A DNA stretch of 46,119 nucleotides from a virus. Taxonomy: Duplodnaviria > Heunggongvirae > Uroviricota > Caudoviricetes. Both the position numbers and the translations under genes were made by a program. How positions within the stretch are numbered: position 1 is the first letter of the stretch; each line of letters opens with the position of its first letter. A model generated the notes under the pieces. The model searched no databases, was not told where the DNA came from, and was given only the letters and a program-made list of their open reading frames with translations. Location of the stretch: the IMG/VR virus record IMGVR_UViG_3300037087_000772, positions 64,001 through 110,119 of that record; one strand, written 5' to 3'. Shown here one piece after another: positions 37,954-45,805 of this stretch.

Positions 37954-38667
37954 ATGTCAGTAGAGCAATTAGACCTTTCAACATTAGTACAAGCTAATTT
38001 TCCAGAAAGCGAATATTACAAAATAGAAACTCCTAAAAATCAGATACTTATACATCATACAGTATCAGGGCCAAACGCCAATGGTGTTATAAATTGGTGG
38101 ATTCAAGATCCCGGTAGAGTAGCTACCCATTTTATAGTAGATGGAAATGGTACTATCTATCAATTATATAGTAGTAAATATTGGGCACATCACTTAGGAA
38201 TTAAAAGCACTTTTTTACAGCAACAGGGATTCTCTGATTATGGAACAAGAAATGTTTTATTAAATCAAAGTTCCGTGGCCATAGAAACTTGTCGTTGGGG
38301 TGGATTAATAAAAGACGCTAATGGTTTTCATCCTTCATTATGGGATGCAAACTCAGGTAAAGAAATCGGAAATCCGAAAATAGTGATACCACCAGAAAAT
38401 GTAGTTACATTCAATTCACCATTTAGAAGTTATCAATATTTTGAAAAATACACAGACCAACAGATAACATCTCTTATGAAATTGGTTAATTATCTTTGTG
38501 ATAAATTTGACATTCCAAAAGATTACAACCCCGGAATGTGGGATATATCAAAAGATGCATTAGGTGGTAAGCCGGGAATTTGGACTCATGTTAGTTATCG
38601 TCCAGATAAAAGCGATATGTGTCCACAACCTGAATTGATAAGTGCATTACAATCACTATCCATGTAA
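37954..38667 (+). CDS. N-acetylmuramoyl-L-alanine amidase (Amidase_2), probable endolysin
   Basis: ILIHHT, THFIVD, WAHHLG, SVAIE, WTHVSYRPDKSDMCP. Confidence 0.85.
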   Translation: MSVEQLDLSTLVQANFPESEYYKIETPKNQILIHHTVSGPNANGVINWWIQDPGRVATHFIVDGNGTIYQLYSSKYWAHHLGIKSTFLQQQGFSDYGTRNVLLNQSSVAIETCRWGGLIKDANGFHPSLWDANSGKEIGNPKIVIPPENVVTFNSPFRSYQYFEKYTDQQITSLMKLVNYLCDKFDIPKDYNPGMWDISKDALGGKPGIWTHVSYRPDKSDMCPQPELISALQSLSM

Positions 38668-38723
38668 ATTTTAAAACTATAATCATTTGGATAAATATAA
38701 TTTCCAAAAATAATTATTTTCTT

Positions 38724-39029
38724 ATGAAGAAAGATAATTTTTGGCCTTATAATTTTGATATTCTACAAAAGACAAAACCAGTAGAACACTTGGTCGAATG
38801 TGGAAATCTGGAAAAATCTGGTAATGGATTCGAAAAAAATTCTTTTGTGACCCTATCTGAACAAATTAAAATGTTGAATAAAAATGCAGAAGAAATATTA
38901 TCAACATTAAATAAAAATGTACAAGAAATGACATCAACAAACGAAATAGAGTGGAGGAAAAAGGATATAAATGATAAAAAAGATTATGAATATTTAAAAA
39001 ATTACTCCAATATATTAGACATACTATGA
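38724..39029 (+). CDS. Hypothetical protein
   Basis: AAACTA-N16-TATAA upstream. Confidence 0.45.
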   Translation: MKKDNFWPYNFDILQKTKPVEHLVECGNLEKSGNGFEKNSFVTLSEQIKMLNKNAEEILSTLNKNVQEMTSTNEIEWRKKDINDKKDYEYLKNYSNILDIL

Positions 39030-39433
39030 GATGTAGAAGATTGAAACAAAATAATTTTGAAGATTGTAAAATAATCTTTGATGAAATATTTGATACTAAT
39101 GACTTCGAAGCGGAATGGACTTTGATGATGAAATATGGAAGAATATATGGATTGTATGATAAGAATATATTAATTGGTTTTTGCAGTTGGGTTCATTTTT
39201 CTGAAGATGACTATATAACTTTATGTAATTTAACTATTAAAAAAGATCTCTGGAGAAAAGGTTTCGGAACAAAAATAATTAAATATGTCATGAGTAAGAA
39301 AAAAGGAAAATCATTGCTCGTACAAACAAATGCCAAAGAATTTTTTGAAAAACTCAACTTTAAAATAACTACCGATTTCGAAGATGATGAAACTCAGCCA
39401 TACAGATATATTATGAAATATTTGGAAAAGTAA
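39026..39433 (+). CDS. GNAT acetyltransferase
   Basis: LCNLTIKKDLWRKGFGTKII, AKEFFEKLNF. Confidence 0.8.
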   Translation: MRCRRLKQNNFEDCKIIFDEIFDTNDFEAEWTLMMKYGRIYGLYDKNILIGFCSWVHFSEDDYITLCNLTIKKDLWRKGFGTKIIKYVMSKKKGKSLLVQTNAKEFFEKLNFKITTDFEDDETQPYRYIMKYLEK

Positions 39434-39470
39434 AATATTTTTCGTAATATATACAAAAAACAGAAAATAC

Positions 39471-39935
39471 ATGGATACGACTTGTGGAATTTATCTAATA
39501 AATAAAAACAATCAAATACTTTTGGTACACCCAATTAATGCTCCTAAATTTATATGGTCTATACCAAAAGGTTTAATGGATAAGGGTGAAACTTATTTAG
39601 AAACAGCTTTGAGAGAAACCTTTGAGGAAACCAATATTAAAATTGATATGCATTCTTCAACCATTAAAAGAATTATGGAGTTTGAAATGGTCAAGTATAG
39701 AAAAACCAAAAAACAGCTCAAGTCATATGCCTTAATAGTCAACGATGATTTCTCTGGTATTACCTTAAAGTGTACAAGTACATTTAAGAACAGGGATGGT
39801 ATAAATGTACCAGAAAATGATTTAGTTCAATGGTATCCATTAGAATTTAAATCAGATCCACAATATTCACATATTCAGCTTCATGAATCTCAGGAAACCA
39901 TTTTAGAACTTTTAGTCAAAAAGTTAACAGATTAA
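39471..39935 (+). CDS. NUDIX hydrolase
   Basis: WSIPKGLMDKGETYLETALRETFEETNI Nudix box. Confidence 0.85.
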   Translation: MDTTCGIYLINKNNQILLVHPINAPKFIWSIPKGLMDKGETYLETALRETFEETNIKIDMHSSTIKRIMEFEMVKYRKTKKQLKSYALIVNDDFSGITLKCTSTFKNRDGINVPENDLVQWYPLEFKSDPQYSHIQLHESQETILELLVKKLTD

Positions 39936-39984
39936 TTTTTTTATTTCAATATTTTTCGTTATATTCATTTTAAATTAAAAAATC

Positions 39985-40524
39985 ATGATGATATCACTAA
40001 TGAAATCGAAGCTTCACAACATTCCAGTTACAGAAGCCAATCCAAATTATATGGGGTCTGTTACCATAGATGAAGATTACATGGATGATGTTAATCTCAT
40101 TGAAAACGAACAAGTACAAGTCCTGAATAAGAATAACGGTGAGAGAATATGGACCTATGTAATCAAAGGTGAAAGAGGAAGTAAAACCATTGGAATAAAT
40201 GGTCCAGCTGCACAGAGATTCACTGTCGGTGATAAAATTATCATTATATCATATGCTATAATGGATTATGAAACAGCTAAGAATTTTAAACCTTTAATTA
40301 AAATGTTCGAATCTCCTGATGATTTGATAAATTTAAGACTTAATGAGGAAAACTTGACTAAACCATATAAAGAACATTTAGAATCTGAAAACTTGACTAA
40401 GCCATATAAAGAATATATAGAATCTTTTAAAAAATTCGAGAAAGATGTCACTTCAACAAAAGAAAAAGCTATCGAATTTTTACAATCAATTGGTTATTTA
40501 CCATATGAAACAACAGAAAAATGA
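39985..40524 (+). CDS. panD: Aspartate 1-decarboxylase with C-terminal extension
   Basis: MKSKLH, NYMGSVTID (G-S cleavage), NGERIWTYVI, INGPAA, GDKIIIISY. Confidence 0.92.
   Translation: MMISLMKSKLHNIPVTEANPNYMGSVTIDEDYMDDVNLIENEQVQVLNKNNGERIWTYVIKGERGSKTIGINGPAAQRFTVGDKIIIISYAIMDYETAKNFKPLIKMFESPDDLINLRLNEENLTKPYKEHLESENLTKPYKEYIESFKKFEKDVTSTKEKAIEFLQSIGYLPYETTEK
40348..40425 (+). repeat. 39-bp in-frame tandem duplication in panD tail
   Basis: ENLTKPYKEHLES / ENLTKPYKEYIES at 40348 and 40387. Confidence 0.9.
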
Positions 40525-40883
40525 GTGTTCGAATGATTAAAACTGAGATTGATATTCTATTTAGTGGGGACAAGTTATCAATTAAAGACCTCAAAAAGAA
40601 ATTAAAAGTTCCGATTAAAACATTAGTCGAATATGATGAGATTGCCAAACTTGGTCGTTATAAAAACAAACCATCTCCATACGGTTTAGGTGTGTTAACA
40701 GTTGATAATACTAAACTTGGAAAAATTTTGAGTGTTCTGGTAAATAACTTCAAAGTTTTACAAGAAAGTGGAGTTGATAGAATTTTTCTTTCGGTAAAAT
40801 TGGGTAACAAAAATTTCTTCTTATCGTTTGATGATTTAATAAAACTAACTATGTTAAATGCCGATATTGAAGTTTGGAAATAA
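40521..40883 (+). CDS. Hypothetical protein
   Basis: ATGA overlap with panD. Confidence 0.5.
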   Translation: MSVRMIKTEIDILFSGDKLSIKDLKKKLKVPIKTLVEYDEIAKLGRYKNKPSPYGLGVLTVDNTKLGKILSVLVNNFKVLQESGVDRIFLSVKLGNKNFFLSFDDLIKLTMLNADIEVWK

Positions 40884-40891
40884 CAAAAAAA

Positions 40892-41146
40892 ATGAGTATA
40901 ACAAGAAAAATATTATTGATTATAATAAGTTCACCTCTTTTTATTTTGGGAATATTATGGGGTTTAATGACAGCTTGCCTATTACCAGTAGTTTTACCTT
41001 TTTTATTTTTAGTAACAATAATACTGGTAATCAAGAAAGATGAGGATGCTTATTCTGATTTTTGGGGATTTCTATGTATGTGGTGTGGATTAGGTTTTTA
41101 TATTTATTTTGATATGGTTTGGGATTATGAACTTTTTGATTTTTGA
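40892..41146 (+). CDS. Small membrane protein
   Basis: Start MSITRKILL; long hydrophobic stretch. Confidence 0.5.
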   Translation: MSITRKILLIIISSPLFILGILWGLMTACLLPVVLPFLFLVTIILVIKKDEDAYSDFWGFLCMWCGLGFYIYFDMVWDYELFDF

Positions 41147-41166
41147 TTTGGTTTGATTTTGGTTCG

Positions 41167-41195
41167 AAAATGGGGGTGTTTGTCATCCCCATTTT
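41167..41195. terminator. Bidirectional terminator-like hairpin
   Basis: aaaatggggGtg-N5-caTccccatttt between convergent genes. Confidence 0.7.
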
Positions 41196-41199
41196 TGTT

Positions 41200-42816
41200 T
41201 TATTTCAGAATCTTTATTGCATCAGTAAACCACCTTGGAAAATAATTTGTCTTTTTTAATACATCAGAAAAACAACTATCTAAAATAAAGGTATGACCCC
41301 AATCTGTATCAGATCTAACCACACGTCCATAAGCTTGCATAATTTCTATACAAGTTGTGTAATCGTACCATTTTTTATTACTTCTCTGTCTGGCTTTAAT
41401 TTTATTACTACTTATATTCGGATATGGCACCTTTAATAAAATTTGAAAGCGCGATAATTCATCGTCTAAACTTATTCCAGTGGTCATGGAAGGAGAGACT
41501 ATTACTTTATTGTCATTATTATTTATAAATCCTTTATAGATTTTTTCTCTATCTTCTGTCTCGTGAAATATCAATCTATCACTTTTAATCGAATTTTTTA
41601 TCCAATTCGCCAATTCATAATTTGTTGTATGAATTATTCCATTATTTTTTTCATATTTTTTTAATATATTTTCTATAACGGGTATTTGATTTTGAAATGT
41701 CAATTCTTTAAGATTATAAGTCATTTTACCGATATTCTTCGTATAATACAAAGGTCTATTTTCTAATGGAAATGTAGAATCTAAAGAATAAAAATCTGTT
41801 AGTTCAAGTGGTAATCCATTTATATAACAAAACATTTCTCGATCTAAGATTGTACCACTCATGAATATGACATGATCATAATTACACCATATATATTCAT
41901 TCAAATAATCATAACCCCAAATTGGTTCGATAAGAAGTTCTAAATTTTTTTCTTTATTATAAACTCTATCCAAAGACCAGTTTTCCGGATCTTTCTCATA
42001 TTTTTCTAATATAGTTTCAAACTTTTTTAACTGACTTGATGTATAAGTGTAATATTTAGTATATTCTTTTACAGCTTCGTCTGAACCATCTGATATAGCA
42101 GTTTCAAATTTACTATTTAAAGCCTTGACTTTTGGAAGAAAATCATCAGCTAAAAAAGTCATAAATTGTTTTATCGATGTAATTTTTATGAATTTTTGTT
42201 TATAAAATTCAATCTCAACCAGTTCCATTCCATATTTTTTAAGTAACTTGGCACTTAGTTTAGTGGATAAAAAGTCACAAAACACAGATTCAAAGGTTGT
42301 TGCTTCATCGCAAATTAATACATTACTACCTCTTTGTTTAATTATTGTGGGTTGATACATTGAAAGACTATTGAACATATGAAAATTCGTAATACCCATT
42401 TCTGAACCAATCCACACTTTTTTAGCAAAATCATAAGGACAGGAAGTACATTTTGTTTCCAAAATATTATTAAGTTCTTTCCCCTCTTGACAGTTACAAC
42501 TATGTTGTTCACATCTGTAATTTGATTGTCCTTTTAAAACTTGTATAAAATCGAAACTTTCTTTATATTGTTCTTGGAGAAGCTTACTATTTGTAATGAT
42601 GTCAAATTTAGCATTTTCATCTACATTATTGCGATACCAATTAGCAAACATTGTAGTGAAATACGATTTTCCACTTCCTGTGGGCATTCCAAGTAAAAAA
42701 AATTTATGACCGGAATTTATACCCTTTTTAAGTTTTTGTAAAATTTCAATTTGTTGTGATCTTGGTTTCATCTCCATTGGGAAATGAATATCTATCTTAC
42801 CATCTATATTTATCAT
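41200..42816 (-). CDS. DinG/Rad3(XPD)-like SF2 helicase
   Basis: RSQQ, PTGSGKS, Cys cluster, LICDEAT, FMSGT, KVPYP, QAYGRVVRSDTDWG. Confidence 0.85.
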   Translation of the reverse strand: MINIDGKIDIHFPMEMKPRSQQIEILQKLKKGINSGHKFFLLGMPTGSGKSYFTTMFANWYRNNVDENAKFDIITNSKLLQEQYKESFDFIQVLKGQSNYRCEQHSCNCQEGKELNNILETKCTSCPYDFAKKVWIGSEMGITNFHMFNSLSMYQPTIIKQRGSNVLICDEATTFESVFCDFLSTKLSAKLLKKYGMELVEIEFYKQKFIKITSIKQFMTFLADDFLPKVKALNSKFETAISDGSDEAVKEYTKYYTYTSSQLKKFETILEKYEKDPENWSLDRVYNKEKNLELLIEPIWGYDYLNEYIWCNYDHVIFMSGTILDREMFCYINGLPLELTDFYSLDSTFPLENRPLYYTKNIGKMTYNLKELTFQNQIPVIENILKKYEKNNGIIHTTNYELANWIKNSIKSDRLIFHETEDREKIYKGFINNNDNKVIVSPSMTTGISLDDELSRFQILLKVPYPNISSNKIKARQRSNKKWYDYTTCIEIMQAYGRVVRSDTDWGHTFILDSCFSDVLKKTNYFPRWFTDAIKILK

Positions 42817-42836
42817 TCATATTTTAGAAAAAAAAT

Positions 42837-43619
42837 CTATTTTAGTTTATAAAATTTTCTAATTTTTCTTCTTATTGGTGAACCAATTCCACCCGTTTTG
42901 TTCTTATTTAATATATTCCATCCATTATTTATATATTTTTGAACATATTCTTCCTCTTTGATTTTTGATTTTTCTACATCAATATAGTCAGTTAATTGTA
43001 TTCTATTTGGTTGAGAATTTGTTTCTTTAATATGCTTATAAACAGGTCCACTTTTCATATGATAAGAATGTCTCACATTTAAATTAAAAGTCAATCCGAC
43101 ATAAACAAAATTGTCTGTAAATTCATAGGAATATATACATCTATTGAATAAATCTCCTTGAATTAAATGAGTACATAAGATTAACCAATTATTTTGTAAA
43201 CATAATTGATATGCCCTCGATGAATAAATACTAAATCCTATCCTACTTTCATACTTTAATGATTCATTTATACATTTTTCTTTTGTCCAATAATTTCTCA
43301 ATTTTTTAGGTTTCATGTGAGAACAAACATCATCCAACCATTTTTCTTTTTGACATCTACTATAAACTCCCGGATTTTCATTAAAAAAATCAATTCTTCT
43401 ATTATATTTCAATGCTTCTTCTTTACATTTTTCTTTTGTCCATTTTAAATTATATGGGGTTGGTCTATTCATATGTGAACAGACATCATTTAACCAACCA
43501 TTAACATAAGCACTATTATAAGATGACCCGGAATTTTTCTGATATTCGAATCTACTCCCATATTTTAATGCTTCATCTTTACATTTCTCTTTCGTCCATT
43601 TGAAATTGTGTGGTTTCAT
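42837..43619 (-). CDS. Homing endonuclease with KWTKEKC repeats and C-terminal GIY-YIG domain
   Basis: Three W-T-K-E-K-C repeat units then CIYSYEFTDNFVYVGLT...R...H...E...GWNILN. Confidence 0.8.
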   Translation of the reverse strand: MKPHNFKWTKEKCKDEALKYGSRFEYQKNSGSSYNSAYVNGWLNDVCSHMNRPTPYNLKWTKEKCKEEALKYNRRIDFFNENPGVYSRCQKEKWLDDVCSHMKPKKLRNYWTKEKCINESLKYESRIGFSIYSSRAYQLCLQNNWLILCTHLIQGDLFNRCIYSYEFTDNFVYVGLTFNLNVRHSYHMKSGPVYKHIKETNSQPNRIQLTDYIDVEKSKIKEEEYVQKYINNGWNILNKNKTGGIGSPIRRKIRKFYKLK

Positions 43620-43780
43620 TACAAGATGATTTCTTTTTCTAATAGTCCACTTTCTTTGATATCTTTATATATTAAATATTCGATATATCTGGATTTGTTT
43701 TCAAAATTATCTTCTAAAAACTGATAAACCTTTATATCTAAGGTCATTGATATTTTCCTTTTTGTTGTTGGTTTTTTCAT
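43619..43780 (-). CDS. RHH-like minigene B (53 aa)
   Basis: Hand-translated MKKPTTKRKISMTLDIKVYQFLEDNFENKSRYIEYLIYKDIKESGLLEKEIIL; TAATG overlap with endonuclease; 42/53 identical to RHH-A. Confidence 0.8.
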   Translation of the reverse strand: MKKPTTKRKISMTLDIKVYQFLEDNFENKSRYIEYLIYKDIKESGLLEKEIIL

Positions 43781-43896
43781 AATAATCGAAGTGTTTTTAT
43801 AGTATATATAAAGTTTTTAAAATCATATTTTTTCTATTTTCCATATATTTTAATTTTTTTATTCAAGAAAAATGATTATATTTGCCAAAAATTATT

Positions 43897-44178
43897 ATGA
43901 AAAAGATTGTAATGTTATTCGTTACTACGATTCTAATCAGTGTCAGTTTAATTACATTATTCGTATCATGTAGTCAAAGTGCTTCTGAAAAAGAGATGTT
44001 AAATAGTTTAGAATTGAAGAAAAGTTATCTCAGGTTAGAAAATTTGATGAATGAATCTAAAAGTGAGTTGTTCTTCTCACGAGGAGAAAGAGACTCAGCT
44101 CAATTCTATGAGATAAAATCTCTTAAAATAAACATGGAATTAAATAAAATAGAACAGGTAATTAAAAAATATAAATAA
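43897..44178 (+). CDS. Putative lipoprotein (cassette 2 cargo)
   Basis: Start MKKIVMLF...LFVSC; TATATTTG at 43877-43884. Confidence 0.6.
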   Translation: MKKIVMLFVTTILISVSLITLFVSCSQSASEKEMLNSLELKKSYLRLENLMNESKSELFFSRGERDSAQFYEIKSLKINMELNKIEQVIKKYK

Positions 44179-44257
44179 ATGATAACTCGTGAGTAAAATG
44201 TCTTTCTTTTAAAAACCAAACTCCATTTCCAAGATATATAAGAAAAAACCTAATCCG

Positions 44258-44410
44258 ATGGGTAGACCAAAAATAACAAACAAGAAAAAAAGCTTATCAA
44301 TATCAGTTAATATTGAATTGGATGAAATCTTAGATAAGATTTGTAAAGAGAAGAATGTGAATAAATCAAAGTACATCGAATACTTGATTAAAAAAGAAAT
44401 GAACAAATAA
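44258..44410 (+). CDS. RHH-like minigene D (50 aa)
   Basis: Hand-translated MGRPKITNKKKSLSISVNIELDEILDKICKEKNVNKSKYIEYLIKKEMNK; 44 of first 47 aa identical to RHH-C. Confidence 0.8.
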   Translation: MGRPKITNKKKSLSISVNIELDEILDKICKEKNVNKSKYIEYLIKKEMNK

Positions 44411-44411
44411 C

Positions 44412-45131
44412 ATGACATTAACTATCATCTCTATCATATTATCGATTGTTTTATTTTTTATTAGCTTATCAATATCAATTCTATTATTTATTATTCGTCC
44501 TATTTTTGATGAATTAACAAAAATTTCCAGAAGTTATAATAATTTTTTTGAAGATGAATTTCATCATCCTCTTTCCTTCGATTATAAAAATGGAGGAAAA
44601 ATAACAAATATTTATCAAAAAATAACAATAACCAACCACAATTTTGATAGACCTTTAGAAAAAATAGAATACATAGATAAATTGAAATTGGGTTTATTTT
44701 ACAGTGAAGAAGAAAGAAAAAGTAGTAAAATAATTGAAGATTTGAATACCATAAGAAGAAGATTAGAATTAGAAATAGTGTGGCTTAAATATGATGAAGA
44801 ATCTAATGAAATTTTAAAAAGATATAAAAGTATTGATTTTGAAATTAAAAAACTCCAATATACTGCATCTAAAAAAGATAGAAATTTAGCTTATAATGAA
44901 ATAGATGAAATTTACAATAAAAAAAAAGAAGATGAATTTTTCATTTTGAATAATGATTGTAGATTTACTGGACTCATTTCTGATTGTGAAGGAAATATAA
45001 AACATTCTGAAAGAAAATTCGAATTCGAATTTAAAAGATTAACAAGAATTGATGTCTTATTTGATAAGTATCCCAAACTTAAATTATTTTGGCTTTTTAT
45101 GGTATATCCAAATTCGAAATATTTTGACTAA
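44412..45131 (+). CDS. N-terminally membrane-anchored protein (cassette 2 cargo)
   Basis: MTLTIISIILSIVLFFISLSISILLFII; starts 1 nt after RHH-D stop. Confidence 0.6.
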   Translation: MTLTIISIILSIVLFFISLSISILLFIIRPIFDELTKISRSYNNFFEDEFHHPLSFDYKNGGKITNIYQKITITNHNFDRPLEKIEYIDKLKLGLFYSEEERKSSKIIEDLNTIRRRLELEIVWLKYDEESNEILKRYKSIDFEIKKLQYTASKKDRNLAYNEIDEIYNKKKEDEFFILNNDCRFTGLISDCEGNIKHSERKFEFEFKRLTRIDVLFDKYPKLKLFWLFMVYPNSKYFD

Positions 45132-45142
45132 AATAACTATTT

Positions 45143-45805
45143 TTATTCTTCTTCAAAAGATTCTAAAGCATTTAATTTTGTTGAAAGTTCATCATATTCA
45201 CCAGAAAGTTTGGTCGCTTCATCTGTATCCTTATCCATATGACGTAATAATTCGTCAATTTCTAAAAGTCTATTCCAAATTTCTTCCTTGGTTTCGGGAT
45301 TCAATTTATCTTCATTCAATTTTGTAAATTCATTGAATGACATTATTTTTCTTTTTTCTGTTATTTTTTCACCCTGAGGAACACTTTCATCTTTTGAGGG
45401 GGTTTCCTTTTTAGGTTTTTCCTCTCTTTTCACATCTTTATCTATTTTCACATTGTAAAATTCCCCCCCGAATATTTTCCCACTTTCAATTCGGCCATGA
45501 TGAAATTTTCCATCATAAATATGTCCTGCTTTGAATATACCATTGTACCAAGTACCATTATACCAAACTCCATCTTCCCAAGTTCCGTATTTCCAAACCC
45601 CATCACGAAAAACACCATATTTCCATGTTCCATTAAAAAATGTACCTGAATTGAAAATAAAATGTCGTTGAGTTATTTCGATCCTAACTTCTTCTACCTC
45701 ACAATCTAAAAACCATTGGAATCCTTCTTTAATAAGAATTTCATCAATCTTATATTGTTCAGTATAAGTTTTTTTATTATATTTTAGTTCTTTGTATCTT
45801 TTCAT
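45143..45805 (-). CDS. G-x-(W/F)-x-x pentapeptide-repeat protein with internal CTS-like motif
   Basis: GTFFNGTWKYGVFRDGVWKYGTWEDGVWYNGTWYNGIFK...; IMSFNEFTKLNE near C-terminus. Confidence 0.6.
   Translation of the reverse strand: MKRYKELKYNKKTYTEQYKIDEILIKEGFQWFLDCEVEEVRIEITQRHFIFNSGTFFNGTWKYGVFRDGVWKYGTWEDGVWYNGTWYNGIFKAGHIYDGKFHHGRIESGKIFGGEFYNVKIDKDVKREEKPKKETPSKDESVPQGEKITEKRKIMSFNEFTKLNEDKLNPETKEEIWNRLLEIDELLRHMDKDTDEATKLSGEYDELSTKLNALESFEEE

Noticed and set aside
20424-45142. RHH cassettes as classical IS elements
   Set aside because: No transposase, TnpB or integrase, and no terminal inverted repeats or target-site duplications evident at the ends.
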